DNA of 64,000 nt, taken from positions 131,380,001 through 131,444,000 of the forward strand of contig NC_058368.1 of the NCBI RefSeq assembly GCF_018350175.1, given 5' to 3'. This DNA is from Felis catus. Taxonomy: Eukaryota. The position numbers and the translations under genes are program-made. Below the pieces are notes generated by a model that was not told where the DNA came from, made no database searches, and saw only the letters and a program-made list of their open reading frames with translations. Of the stretch, positions 25,065 through 38,310 are shown piece after piece. Every line of letters starts with the position of its first letter. The stretch's first letter is position 1.

Positions 25065-25240
25065 TGTATAGTTAAAACTTACTTTTTTGTGATGAGAACT
25101 TTCAAGGTACATTCTCTCAGCAACTTTCAAACATACAATCAATGTTATTAACTATAGCCAATGCTGTACATTATGTCCCCAGCACTTATTTATTTTGTAA
25201 CTGGAAGTTTGTGCCGTTTTACTACCTTCACCCATTTTTT
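25065..25240 (-). mobile_element. L1 (L1MA-type) 3' end fragment
   Basis: tgtgatgagaactttcaag...ctcagcaactttcaaacatacaat...taactggaagtttgt. Confidence 0.8.
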
Positions 25241-25286
25241 TTTTAATTATGTATCACATGGTTAGGAATCTAAGAGGTTAATCAGC

Positions 25287-25540
25287 TTAGCATAGTGCCA
25301 GCCCAGAACCTGGGCTCTGGAATCAGAACAGTTTTGCTAAGTCCTGGTTCTTCCTGTTAATAGCTGTCAAGTAACTCAACAGTCTCTGGACTTCAGTGCC
25401 CTTGTCTATAAATTAGAGATAATAGTACCCACCTCCTCAGGTTATTGTGGGGATTAAATGAGATAATACATTTGAATGTACTATATTTAAATGTGTTTTG
25501 CATATAGTAAGCATTTGATAAATGTCAGGTATTATTATTT
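25287..25540 (+). mobile_element. MIR SINE
   Basis: tctctggacttcagtgcccttgtctataaattagagataatagtacccacctcctcaggttattgtggggattaaatgagataa. Confidence 0.85.
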
Positions 25541-27129
25541 AAAGTTATTTTTTATAGTAAATTTGCCCTTACCATTAGGGGTGGATCTTCTCTTCTTGGA
25601 CTTTATCATATTCTTAATACTTACACCAATGTTATTCTAAAAAGTCAAATTAACATTTGGTCATTCTGAGCTTGAAAACAGCCCAAATTTTATCACTTCA
25701 CTTTGATAAATGGAAACATTTAAAAATTCTGTTCAGTTAAATGAAATATATAAATATAGACAGATTATGTATATTTATAGATCTCTTTATAGATCAATAG
25801 ATATGTTTTATATATATATCGATTTTCTATAAAAATCAAGATTATGAAGGTAGTCACTTCTAAGCTTAAGGAGAGGTAATACCTTAAGCAGCTAAAACCT
25901 TTGGAGAACCAAACCCTTTTGAAGTCCATCTTTAGCTATTTTCTAGGAAGTTGCTATTTAAGAGGCAGGATCAGAATGGCGATAAATAGGGCCTGATGAC
26001 GAGATGAAGATGGAAATTGTAGAGACGGTGTTTCATCTAATGATTCCTTTTCCTCAGGGACTGACAGACCCCTATTGCTGTCTTGTTTCTGGTAATGTAC
26101 AGCTCTGCAAACTGGAATTGTTTACTTTATTTCTTCTTTTTTTTAAAAAGCAATAAGGAATTTTATACCTTGGGGACATCAGAAAATCTCTGGCATTTTG
26201 CATTGTGCTTTTATAATGTGTCATGTTACAGAAAGCATTTAGGAGAGTTTGAGCTGGAGGAAAATGAATTTATAAATAAGCTTATTAAATAAAACTGGGT
26301 TTTGGAATGATGCAGTCATGAAGAAAGCCATAAGTAAAAATATAGGACAGTCTCTTGTGATCATCCATCCTTCTTATATAATCTCTTTGTTTGGATATTG
26401 AACACTGTAATGGACTTAGCTAACTATAGAATATGGCAAGCTTCAAGCATATTGCATACAACAAAATGCCTAAGAAAATGTAGAGAACATTAGTGAAGAA
26501 AATTTAATTCCTATGTTTTCCCCAGATATTAATTCATTTTCTACCCTGGATTCATATAAGGAATCTTAGAAAGTCATTCAGTAAGTATATCTGAACCATC
26601 TGAAATGATATCTGATATCTTGATATTTAGGGAAAAAGAACCCACACTATCAGAAGTCAGCTGCTACTGTTCTTTACTACATTTTTCCCACAAATAAATC
26701 ATGCTTTCCATATTTCTAAAGAAAGATCACAATTGTTTGAACTAAATTAAAAACAGAAAAAAAAAACATTTCTCAAAACAATTTAGCAGCCACTAGATGA
26801 GTTATGGATCTTTATTGAAAAAAAACATCTTAAACCATTCACCTAAAAAGTAAAACAGGTTGACAAGTCCCAAATTTTTTGATACATTTATTTACTAATA
26901 CTGAACCCTTTCTGTGTGCAGAATACTCTCTTAGGGCTAGGAAAATAGTTAAGGAAAAGACATAGTGCTTGCCCTCTAGGAACTCACAGTCTAATAGCTG
27001 AGATGGATATAAGGCAGTGATGACATTGTAATGTTGTCAAGTGCCGTAAAAGAAATATAAACAGAATGTTGGAAAAACACGCAACTCTGCACGGGAAAGA
27101 TAAAGAGTCAGAAGACAGTTTCATCTAGA

Positions 27130-27248
27130 GGGGCGTCTGGGTGGCTCAGTTACTTAAGTGTCTGACTCTTGATCTTAGGGTCATGAGTTCAAGCCCCGAG
27201 TTGGGCTCCATGCTGGGCATGGAACCTTCTTAAAAAAAAAAAAAAAAA
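27130..27248 (+). mobile_element. Short Can-SINE lacking the CT tract
   Basis: tRNA-like head directly followed by poly-A. Confidence 0.9.
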
Positions 27249-27892
27249 GATATTTTCACCTGGGAATCCTTGCATGAAGTTTTGTGGGACAGTCATTTAG
27301 GAGTTGAGTAGGAGGTGAAGCAGAGAAGAGCGAAAGGAGAGCACATGGCCTATTCAGAAACTAAGACGAGAAAACGGCAATGTTGGAAGAAAGGTGTAAA
27401 TGGGAACATTTCTGAATAGGGGCCAACATGGAAAAGTGTGTAGAAGCCAGCATAAAAAGACAGTCTTAGGCCTTGGTAGGAACTTGAAAACAAAATTAAA
27501 AATGACCTCATAAGGTTATGTTTTAGACATCGGTATAACAGAAGTGTAGAGAGCGATTGGGAGACTAAAGGTAGATAAGATTTAGAAAGGGTAATAATCA
27601 GAGAAAATAGTTAGGAGGTTATTACAGAAATCCTGGTAAGGGAGTTTAAATGACATTGGATATCAACAAATTTTAGAGAGACTGGGTGCCAGTAGGACTT
27701 GAGAACTAATTAGTTGTGATGGTGAAAGAGGAAGAATAAAGGTTTGGTGGTGGATGAATTGAAGATGCAATTTCCTTCAACCATAAATGAAGGTTAAGGG
27801 GCAAGTTTAGAAAGGGGAGTGAGGTAGAATAGGTAGACACGTGGAGACTGACATGTGTGTGGAATATATATGGCAGATGAATTCAGTAGTTG

Positions 27893-27894
<2 letters not shown>

Positions 27895-27934
<40 letters not shown>
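27895..27934. repeat. (TA)20 microsatellite
   Basis: Read directly. Confidence 0.97.
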
Positions 27935-27937
<3 letters not shown>

Positions 27938-28754
27938 TGATACATATTTGAGTTTAAAAAATATCTTTGGGCTGAGATAGTTTCAAAAACATCATTTTAA
28001 GTAATTGATTATATCTGGGAGACTAGTTTCACTAAAAGTGGGTAAAATATCAGGGAAAAGCATACGTGCAACTAGAAAAACATCTTCATTAAGGGATGTG
28101 GTGCTTGTCAGAATGGGCTTTTTGAATGTGAAAGAACAGACGTAGGTATTTGTAAGTGAGGGAGCAAAGAGGACAGCAGTGAGTAGAAGAAGCTTCTGTA
28201 GCCACATGTGAGTGTTATTAGCAGGAGTTTTGTTTGCTTGTTTGTTTTTCTCAGAAGCAGAAGAGCAATAATCTAAAAGAGGAATTCTTCTTCCTGGGAG
28301 GAATGTGCTATAGGAAGAGCAGGCTATCATGAGAAAGCTGTAGAAGTGATGTGCTGGGGAAGAAAAGTTCAGGCAAGGAAGAAGGTATCTGTAAATTTGT
28401 GAAGAGGCTGAGAAGGCCTTAGTCCCTGTGTGATGGGGAGGACATATTAGGAGCATTCTATGGGAGAACCACAGTAAAGGAATGTACTGGAGACAGAGCA
28501 CACAGGATGAGGGTGTTTGCAAGAGATCGATATCTAGAGGAGCAGAATACTTTTCTTGAAGCCTATTTTGATTTAGAGAGATTTTCTTGGTCCTAAGAAA
28601 ACTTCAACTAGTCCAGTCAGGTATCCATCTTGTGATGTTTAACATCGCAGATACTCACCTTAGCTCATACACTCACCAAAGCTTCTTAGAGATCTAGTCC
28701 TATTGTTTGACTTTTGAACATAGCTATAATTTGTTTCTTTAGAGTTAAATGTCT

Positions 28755-28975
28755 GCGGCTCCTGGGTAGGTCAGTCGGTTGAGCATCCAACTTCTACTCA
28801 GGTCATGATCTCGTGGTTTGTAAGTTCAAGCCTCGCATCAGGCTCGCTGCTGTCAGCAAGGAGCCCACTTCAGATCCTCTGTCCCCCTCTCTCTCTGCCC
28901 CTCACCCTATCATTCCCTGTCTCTCCCTCTCTCTTCTTCTGTCTCTTTCAAAAAAAAATTAAAAAGATTAAATAA
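28755..28975 (+). mobile_element. Can-SINE
   Basis: Diverged head, CT tract, A tail. Confidence 0.92.
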
Positions 28976-29301
28976 ATTTTTAATTAAATTTCTATTTTGC
29001 TTCATTTATGATTATAAGGGTTCTCTGTGCTCATTGTAAAAATTCAGGCACTGGGAAAAGAATAAAAATCTCTTATAATCCTATCTCTACAACCAAAAAA
29101 CAATTACTCGTAACATTTTAAGATTATCCTTACCTCTTATAGAGTTTACACATGTACAGTTTAATAAACACAATAAGTAAATACATGAATATAGTATTGT
29201 GTCTGTATGCACATATTATGAAATATGTATATTTACATATGTAGACTTTATGTATATAGACATTTTGCCAAAAAGACTAACTCTGCATAGAGTCTTTTAA
29301 A

Positions 29302-29515
29302 TTTTTTTTTTTCAACGTTTATTTATTTTTGGGACAGAGAGAGACAGAGCATGAACGGGGGAGGGGCAGAGAGAGAGGGAGACACAGAATCAGAAACAGG
29401 CTCCAGGCTCTGAGCCATCAGCCCAGAGCCCGACGCGGGGCTCGAACTCCCGGACCGCGAGATCGTGACCTGGCTGAAGCCGGACGCTTAACCGACTGCG
29501 CCACCCAGGTGCCCC
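29302..29515 (-). mobile_element. Can-SINE (young SINEC_Fc)
   Basis: Perfect 17-bp TSD gcatagagtcttttaaa (29285-29301, 29516-29532). Confidence 0.98.
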
Positions 29516-29734
29516 GCATAGAGTCTTTTAAACTGCTTTTTCCCTCACTTAACTTCATGACAGCTTTTCTGGGTCTGGGACCTACATTCTCATTTCTAGT
29601 GGCTACAAAATATTCCATTGAACAGTCATGCCATAATTTCTTTAGTCATTCCCCTGTCCATGAAGTTTTATTGCTTTCTGGTGTTTTATTGTAACTGATT
29701 TCAGAGGTGGTTTTTTTTGGGGGGGCGGGGTGGT

Positions 29735-30105
29735 ATAGTTGACATACAATATTACATTAATTTTATGTATACAACATAGTGATTCAACTTGTCTGTATTA
29801 TACTGTGCTCACCACAAGTGTAACTACCACCTGTCACCACACAACACTATTATTATGATTGACTATAGTCCCTATGCTGTCCCTTTTATTCCTATGACTT
29901 ATTTTTTCTGTAACTGGAAGCCTGTATCTCCCATACCCCTTCACCACTTTGGGCCATTCCCCCCCTCCCCCCGCCCCAACACCCTTTTCTCTGGCAACCA
30001 TCAGCTTATTCTCTGATCCTGCTTTTTGTTTGCTCATTTGTTTTATTAGATTCTATATATGGGTGAAATCATATGGTATTTATCGTTCTCAGTATGACTT
30101 AATTG
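29735..30105 (-). mobile_element. L1 3' end fragment
   Basis: tagttgacatacaatattaca...tgctcaccacaagtgtaactacc...taactggaagcctgta...ctctggcaaccatcag. Confidence 0.88.
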
Positions 30106-30904
30106 ATTTTGAAGAGTTATTTATGAAAGAATAGTCTTTCTTTTGAAGTGAATTACTTTGTATTTAAGTAAGAAAAAAATTAATTTCTGCAATGTTTGGT
30201 TAAGAGCCTTGGGTTCTACTACTAACGTTATCTGAGTAGGTCATAACACTTCTCTGGCTTCACTTATCTCATTTGTAAAATTATCTATTAATTTAATTAT
30301 CTATTAATTTAATTCTTCAGTGTCTTCCTCTGGAATCATGTCATTTTAAGATTGAGCCCTGGTTCCACAAGCGAGTAGCTGTAGGACTAAGTCATGTTTG
30401 TTTATCATCTCATCTCTGAGCCTTAGTTTCCTCATACATTAAAAAATATATACATATATATATATATATACATATATATATAATTGTTTCATAATGGTTT
30501 TATTTAGGTACATTCAGAAATAGCAGATTTAACAGTTTTGGCGTTCTAGTGGTTCTGTTGTAAGCCCAGAAATCATTTCATCACTTAGCATACCATGCTT
30601 CTGCCCACAAGAGCAACTTTGGATAGAAGGGACTTTATTGTTTAATTGTGTTCTTATACATACTTCTAATACCAATATTCTTTATTCATTGGTTCTCAAA
30701 ATATAGTACTTACATGAGATTATAGGGTTTTTCCCTTTTTTCTGAAACAAAACAAAACAAAACACCTTTCTGCGCACAGTAACCTCATTCAGTGTCCTTC
30801 CCTGCCCCCCTCTCCTGTTTGGTTTCTTTCTTAAAGTGCTATTATCTGATTATATATTATAAACTTATGCTTTAAATAGCAATTTCTTTTGGGTTTCTTG
30901 TTAA

Positions 30905-31350
30905 TGAATACCACATGGAAATAACCAAAGGTTATCTAAATGTGAATAAGTAAAGGCTATTTATTTTAAACTGGCTACAGTCCAGGGGTTGGCCATCATT
31001 ACTTGTATTTGGCAGACTCAAAGGCAGACAGGTGAATGGGAAATCTTTATAGTGGAAAAAATTGAAGACTTCAGCTGTATCATGATTGGAATTTGTTGGC
31101 ATGGAGAAGCTGTAGGTGGGCCGACTAAAAGCAGTGTATCTCAAATCTATTGGTTAGAAGTGAATATTTGGCTTTCTTCAGTTTGTCCTAAATTAGAAGT
31201 GGAGGCAAAAATTAGGGAAGCTGTTATTAATCAAGCTCTGGCCGTTTGGGGCCACTTGTTTCAAGGGTTCTTGCTTGGCTTTCTGGGCTGGTTCATATAG
31301 ATAATTGTCTGATTTCAAGGACTGATACTGTAGATGGTGGGTTGCTACTT
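30905..31350. mobile_element. Probable old ERV solo LTR
   Basis: LTR-like composition (gattggaa, ctattggttag boxes; aataagtaaaggctatttatt); family not determined. Confidence 0.45.
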
Positions 31351-32449
31351 CATACTGTAAGTAGTACTTTTAGATATATTTTGATATCACTTAATATAGT
31401 GAAAATATAAATTAGCAAGATAGGTATTCCATTATTATCAATGTTAAATATTAAAATAAATTCTTCATATTTTTCAGAGAGATTGGTAGCTGGGTACATA
31501 TAGTGAACAATAAAAAGTAAAGGACATTGTGATTTAAGCACATAATGATTAACATTCATATTCTTGCCAAGTTTAAGGCATTATTCATAAATATGAATAT
31601 TGCAATATCATGAAGTAAAAATAACAGCACATGCAGCCTTTTCTGACTTCTGGGCAGTCATCTAAACACCATATGAATATTAGCTAATTTAACCTCGAAA
31701 CCTTCCTATAGGGAAGGTCCTTTTATGTTTCTTCTTTTGCAGGTACAAAACATAGGCATAAAGAAGTTAAGTCATTGTTCAGAGTTACTCATTTGGTAAT
31801 GGTGGAACCAAAACTTGAACTCTGGAAGCTTGGCTCTTTTTTGCTTGATGTATTTATACTGCTTGACAATAGGATTACACTACTTAATTGATGCAATTTG
31901 AGAGTCTTACTGCAAAACCATATTGTTATTGACCTCACAGCCAGTTTTATTGGTATTCTCAAGAACATCTTTTGAATTGTCATTTTATTATTATTCTTAA
32001 AAATGTACTGCACTTAGGTTACATTAGCAGCTATTAGATCCCCCTGCAATCTTCCTTTACTTGCAGTAGTGTCACCAAGGTGACACAAACTTTTGAATCT
32101 AATAAATAGAAAGATAAAGGGAAAACTGATACATTTATTTCAAAGCTAAATATAAGGTTGTTGAATAATGTGTTCTTTAAGATTACCTTTTCCCCTTTGT
32201 TTTATACATAAATAAGTAAAATCAGTCTGGGGGGAATGAAAACAGGACCATCATTTACTGAGTGCCACCTGTGTGCTGGGCACTGTGCTGTATGCCCAAA
32301 GAAACCAACTTACTTATATATTGCTCTTTTCAGGTTTCAAAATTGAATGGCCGAACTAGCACCCCCACTCTGAAGTAGTAGTAGAAATTGATGACCCATT
32401 CCTATTACCATGCCAGAAAGCCCAAACAAGCAATGAATGTGAATTTTAA

Positions 32450-32657
32450 TTTTTTTAATGTTTATTTTTTATTTTTTGAGAGAGAGACACACACATTGCA
32501 AGCAGAGCAGAGAGAGAGGGAGGTACAGAATCTGAAGCAGGCTCCAGGCTCTGCACTGTCAGCACAGACCCCGATATGGGGTTCACACCCAGGAACCATG
32601 AGATTATGTCCTGAGCTGAAGTCAGACGCTTAAACGACTGAGCCATGCAGGCACCCC
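32450..32657 (-). mobile_element. Can-SINE
   Basis: 19-bp TSD caatgaatgtgaattttaa (32431-32449, 32658-32676). Confidence 0.97.
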
Positions 32658-33374
32658 CAATGAATGTGAATTTTAAATACATAGTTTACCAGTAACAAAG
32701 TCTCAGTTAATTGCGTCATATTTCTTAAATAGGGAAATACTTAAATAGCATTGATTTTTAGAAACACAATGGCATTGAGAAACATGAACTCTTTTCAGAG
32801 GCCTTTTCATGAGTAGCAAAGGATTTTTGTTTATTTCTTACCTGTCATATAGAAAGTTCATTTTAGCCTTGAGTGATTTATTTTTAGCATCAAAGCCCTT
32901 AAAAATGGTCCTGTAACATTTTTGTGAACAGCAGTTATTTTTTTAACCTCTAACCTTTTTTAGGTTCTCCAAAGGAGTATTTGTGATCCACTTACAATGA
33001 TGTCTCTGCCCAACCAAAACTCCCGCTGCAAAATAAGTGCTTCTGTATCAGCTGCTGCTTCAGATATCCTGTGCTATGGGAGTCCTAACAAGATGTAAAA
33101 CTGGGAAATAGATATAAAGGCAATGACAGTGACATTGTATAAGAGCACTATAGTTAAGTCCTGGCTTTGAAACTTCCTCTCTCTGTGACTTTGGATAAGT
33201 TACCTGCTTGAGAATCAATTTTCTGGGAGGAAGCATGAGAGGTATTTCAGGGTGTTAGTAATGTTCTTTTTCTTCACCTCGACAGTGGTTTATACGGGTG
33301 TTTTCACTTTGTTAGGATTCATGGTGCTTTTATGAATTTTCTCTATGCGAGTTAAGTTAAAGTAAAATTTTAAT

Positions 33375-33568
33375 ACTGTGCTGTTAAATACTTTTCTGCG
33401 CCGTGAGTGGGGGATGGAGGAGCCCTGACTTGTAGCATTTGTCAATTTCCATGGTATAAATACTCTTACCATGGGTGATTTCAAGCAACCTATGTGAAAT
33501 CAGTGAATGAAGAATTGGAAAGAGATATGAACATTTGGCCCTTTGAGCTGATTCTAGTACATCATGTA
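33375..33568 (-). mobile_element. MER63A-like hAT fossil
   Basis: agccctgacttgtagcatttgtcaatttccatggtataaatactcttaccatgggtgatttcaagc matches recalled MER63 consensus. Confidence 0.7.
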
Positions 33569-34028
33569 TTTGGACTAGGTAAAGAACCTTTTAACCACTG
33601 ACCTTTCCTAATTTATCCTGTATAATTTTATTTTTGTCATATTTTTAACAGCTTTGAAGTGAAAAATCAATTGATAGAGTAGCTTCATGAAGACCTGTTA
33701 ACTTTTTTTTGATGTAAAACATTTCTTCTCAGTTGCTCAAAATTGGATTTTTTTAAAACCATCATCAATTTATGCACAACATTTAGTTGCTTTATTTTAC
33801 TTCTTTGGGGTTTTTCTAGGTATTTATGATTGATGAATTTTCATGAACGCACTGCCCAACCCACAACTAGAATGTCCTCTGTTACATATAAAACATAGGT
33901 TTGTTTTAGTTTTATCACACACACGTGCACGCACGTGTATACACACAGATGTGCAGTCAGTATCTTATTTAGTTTTATTTATTTTTGAGTTTTATATAAA
34001 GATCTTAATGTTCTGAAATTAATGTTTT

Positions 34029-34258
34029 TTTATTATTTTTTTTTTAATTTTTTTTTCAACGTTTATTTATTTTTGGGACAGAGAGAGAAGAGCACGAACG
34101 GGGGAGGGGCAGAGAGAGAGGGAGACACAGAATCGGAAACAGGCTCCAGGCTCTGAGCCATCAGCCCAGAGCCCGACGCGGGGCTCGAACTCACGGACCG
34201 CGAGATCGTGACCTGGCTGAAGTCGGACGCTCAACCGACTGCGCCACCCAGGCGCCCC
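34029..34258 (-). mobile_element. Can-SINE (young SINEC_Fc)
   Basis: TSD tgaaattaatgtttt; CpGs intact. Confidence 0.98.
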
Positions 34259-35126
34259 TGAAATTAATGTTTTGATTTAACCTTGCATTACTAAGATTCA
34301 CCTTTATTTTTTTCTAATATAGTTTATTCATTTTTATGGTATAAATCTACATACCTTTTACTCAGAGTTTGCCATACGTAGTTAACATCATTATTAGTAT
34401 AGTAGTTTAATTTCCCAGCAGAGCAAGCACATCATGCTTTGTTTATTTTACATGCCTCTTTTCACAAATTGATGAGTTGTGAAATGTCTTCTCTTTTCTA
34501 TTCTCGCTTCTTCTTTCCAATATCTGTATTCTTTGGTAAGTGAATGTGTTTTCCCCAAAATGGGTCACACATCACTAGAGCAACTTAATGTGTTAGTGCC
34601 ACACAGAAGAAAAATGTTCTGAAGATTCTATCATGGTTCCAAAAAAAGTTCTATTAATAGCTATACTTAGAGTTCAGATTTCAGCCTCAAGTTGGTTAAG
34701 AATTATTATAACTAGAATAGTTATAACAGACTAGCTCCTCCTCCTTTATAAAGTTATGATTATGATTATAATGTGTATGTATGATATGTAACTGAATGAA
34801 TACTTTGTTGCCGAGGGAACGTGCCCAGAATATTAGAGGTGACCAGCAGCCAGAAACACCACAGTCCTCACTAAAGAGGGTGTTGCTCTCTCAAAGCAAT
34901 TATCTGTTGTCAAAATTTCACCACCTGATTTCTCTGAATTGTAGAGAAAGATCTAAAATGGTTTTCTACTACAAGTTTAAATGTTATAACCAAACCTCTA
35001 AGACAACACTAACAATCAAAACTTAAGAGTAAAAGAAAAAAGTTATTAATTCAAAATCACGGAGTGGAGGAATAGATGTACATACGGAGAAAGACAGAGC
35101 AGATAAATATTTACCTATACAAAAAT

Positions 35127-35463
35127 AGGACCGCAATTCCTGATCACAATTCCAAATTCAACAAACTCTGGAAACCAAAGTTTTTTATTTTGTTTTCATA
35201 ATTCATTTGGTCACAAAACCTGTCCTGATTAGAATGCATTTGGCAGTAGAACCTGGCTTGAAGTAGTGGAGAACCATTTATTGCTTTTATTTGTTCCACT
35301 TGGTGTAAATTTTCATCTGTTTTGCTGGAGAAATATTAGTGTTTTGATTCCAAGATGACCTGGACCATGCTGGCACATTACATGCGGTTTCTCCACCTTT
35401 TTAGAAGTCTGAGTTCTTAATCAAATCTTTCCCAAAGGATTCTATTAATGGATTGTGAGCTGT
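35127..35463. mobile_element. Tigger-type (MER46C-like) DNA transposon fossil
   Basis: Degenerate terminal inverted repeats aggaccgcaattcctgatc / aatggattgtgagctgt; internal aaaacctg..ctga motifs. Confidence 0.55.
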
Positions 35464-35504
35464 GGTAAAATGAATTGCTTTACTTTATATTTAGACCATG
35501 GGTA

Positions 35505-36110
35505 AGATCTTAACCTTTCTTGTGCCATGGACCTGTTTGGTAAATGGTAAAGCCTGTAGACACTTTCTCTAAAAGAATGTTCCAGATTCATAAAGCACAT
35601 GGACAACAAAGTAGATATATTTAAAAAGTTACCAAATGAGGGGCGCCTGGGTGGCGCAGTCGGTTAAGCGTCCGACTTCAGCCAGGTCACGATCTCGCGG
35701 TCCGTGAGTTCGAGCCCCGCGTCAGGCTCTGGGCTGATGGCTCGGAGCCTGGAGCCTGTTTCCGATTCTGTGTCTCCCTCTCTCTCTGCCCCTCCCCCGT
35801 TCATGCTCTGTCTCTCTCTGTCCCCCAAAAAATAAATAAACGTTGAAAAAAAAATTTAAAAAAATAAAAAATAAAAAGTTACCAAATGATACAAATTTGT
35901 GATATAGTAATATATATGCTTCTTTATTAAGGCATTAAATAACAGAATCTAACAGTGTGCCTAAATGTTAATGTAAAGTCATCACAGTAATAAGTATAAA
36001 TGATATTTGGGGATATTTGTAATAACTGTAATGTCATGTCAAAATATCTTTGATTTCTCTTGGTGACAATGACGCAGGTACTACTAATACTGCTGATATT
36101 TGTCTTCTAC
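35505..36110 (+). mobile_element. MER119-like hAT-Charlie fossil (interrupted by SINE)
   Basis: tcttaaccttt.ttgtgccatggacc...acaaatttgtgatatagtaatatat...ttggtgacaa...caggtactactaatactgctg. Confidence 0.7.
35640..35872 (+). mobile_element. Can-SINE (young SINEC_Fc)
   Basis: Perfect TSD aaaaagttaccaaatga; CpGs intact. Confidence 0.98.
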
Positions 36111-38104
36111 TAGTTCTTAGTACTAGTTCTTAGAATTTTTCCTCCTCCAGGCACGTTGTAAATTAGGAAGCAATGCAATATCTGTATTAAAGACTGTCCT
36201 TTTTTCTTAGTGTACAGGACATTGCACTATTTTTCCTTTTCTGTTACAAACTTCCAAATGTCTTAGATAGAGAGAATCTTCATGGGTGGGAAAAAAACAA
36301 TCTGTATATCCTGTGCTGACATTTCAACTTTGACATTTCTAGTACTACCATCTAAGTGACTTTTTAGCCTTTGAAATCAAAGAGCATCTTATACATGACG
36401 GAGAAGAGCATACCAAAGTAAGATTTTGTAATTTTCAACTTCAGAGAAGCATCTGATTAATTCCAAAAGAACTAATGTATTCTGATTTACTGGCTAAGAA
36501 AAATTTATCATCTGCTGTTGCCCATTTGTCTGTAACGCTACAGCCAAAAACTTGGTCCAGCCTGTTGTCATCTTATATTTGGACTGCAGCAACAGCCTTG
36601 GGGAAAGTGTCCTGCCTTTAGTCCCTCTTAGCTTCTGTCACTCACATGCAGAGCTGCTCCCTCTTCCTTAAGCACTCCTCTCTGTCACAAGAACCATTCC
36701 TCCAAACCTGTCCTGATTCACAGCACAGCCTCAAAATCCTCTATCAGGAAACTGCCAACCCACAGCCATCTCGTGTTGCTTCCTCTAATATCTTTACCTG
36801 TTGTTGCATACCTGCATCCAGATTACTCATTCCCAGGCCCATAGTCTGCTCATGGCCATTCTTTATCTCTCATGTGCCCTTTCTCACCTTTCTTCAGTAG
36901 GTGATACCTTTCAGATCCTTTGAGGGATGATTTCAAACAACCCATCCAGTGAAACACTGTTAAATTAACTCCATCCTATTCTAGTCATTTTCTGCACATG
37001 CTTTATTTACCCTTTTCATGCTGTCTTTATTTGTATATCACTACTTCTTATTGAAAATCTCATACCCCTCTGTCACAATTTTTAAGAGGAAACGTATGGT
37101 GGTTTTGTTTTTCCCAAAATTTTCCCTGTGATAGTCTGTCATAGCTGGCAGCAGCCCACACTTAACAAATCAGAGTTACCTTTTCTGTGTTTTTTGTGCC
37201 TCAGAGCACGCTACAGTCTGTCTTTAGTATTCTTATGTGCCCAGGTAGGGGCCTGAAAATTTTTGTGTGTTCCTTTCTAAGTAAAATTGAAAATGATTTT
37301 GAAAAATTCTTACTAAAGGCCCTGATGTGTTTGTCTGAGATAAATTGCTCTTCTAATAAGCTACTGTCCAGCTAAGCCGTGGGGTATCAGAGTACATCAC
37401 ATGTGCCTTTGGAAATTGGGATTAGTGTCACAATTGTTCACCTCTGACTTATTTTCTAACTTTTAAATCTATTTTTGAAATTAAGCTGATTTTCCAATGG
37501 AGCATGAATGGTTTTTGTCATATATGTGAAGTAATGACCTACTTTTAAAACTTGACTTTGGAACTTAGAGGCACCTATCACTCTTCACTTCTTACATGCA
37601 TTCACATGGGCCATAAGCCGTGCCCGCCACAGTGACGTGCTGACGTTAGTTTCTTCCTCTCTCCTCTCCCGTTTAGAATACAGGCACAAAAACAAAAGAC
37701 TTCTCTAGTGTTGTTTTTTGTGTTTTGTTTTAAGGAAGCAATATATTTCACAGAGTTTTAAAAAGATGTCTGAAATAAATGGGTAAACTACTACATTTGT
37801 CTTACCTATATTTATCACATTTTAGAGGGGAGTGTTAGTATTGGTAACCAGCCCTGCCCAACTGAGGAGAAAATAAACCAGTGTTACAGCACCAAATCAG
37901 CATATGCTTCTCTCTTCAACTCGACAGTAAATAGCTGGGCAAGGAAAAGGGAACTTGACCAAGTAAATGCACTCTTCATTTCCGTGTACACCCATCTAAC
38001 TAGTAAGCAAATTATAGCAAAATCTTCTTTTCTTTCTTGCCTAAGAATTTGAGGTCAGATTCTGACTTATATTTGCTGAGTGTGCCAATGGCGGTAAAGG
38101 GGTC

Positions 38105-38310
38105 ATTTATTTAATGTGCTCATGTATTAGGGTCTTTACTGGGTACTTTATGTGTAAGAGCTCACTTAATGTTTACAACAAATCTGTGAGGTAAGTGTCA
38201 TTATTTTCACTGTGCAAATGAGTAAACTGAGCCTCGGAGAACTTAAGTAATTTATCTCTGATCACAAAATACATCAAGTGGCAAAATTGGGAATTAAACT
38301 TATGCTTTTC
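38105..38310 (-). mobile_element. MIR SINE
   Basis: gtgaggtaagtgtcattattttcactgtgcaaatgagtaaactgagcctcggagaacttaagtaattt core. Confidence 0.85.

Larger units (their letters stand above)
26883..27990 (-). mobile_element. L2 LINE fragment (interrupted by a SINE)
   Basis: aagacatagtgcttgccctctaggaactcacagtctaa and purine-rich continuation. Confidence 0.6.

Noticed and set aside
27992..28522. 176-aa minus-strand ORF
   Set aside because: Non-ATG start, L/S/C/P-rich antisense reading of a purine-rich tract, no recognisable domain.
29329..29694. 121-aa ORF and similar MAQSVKRPTSAQV-type ORFs
   Set aside because: Translations of Can-SINE sequence.
32940..33060. Exon after ctctaacctttttt-ag acceptor
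   Set aside because: No convincing donor or recognisable peptide; branch-like motif too close to the AG.
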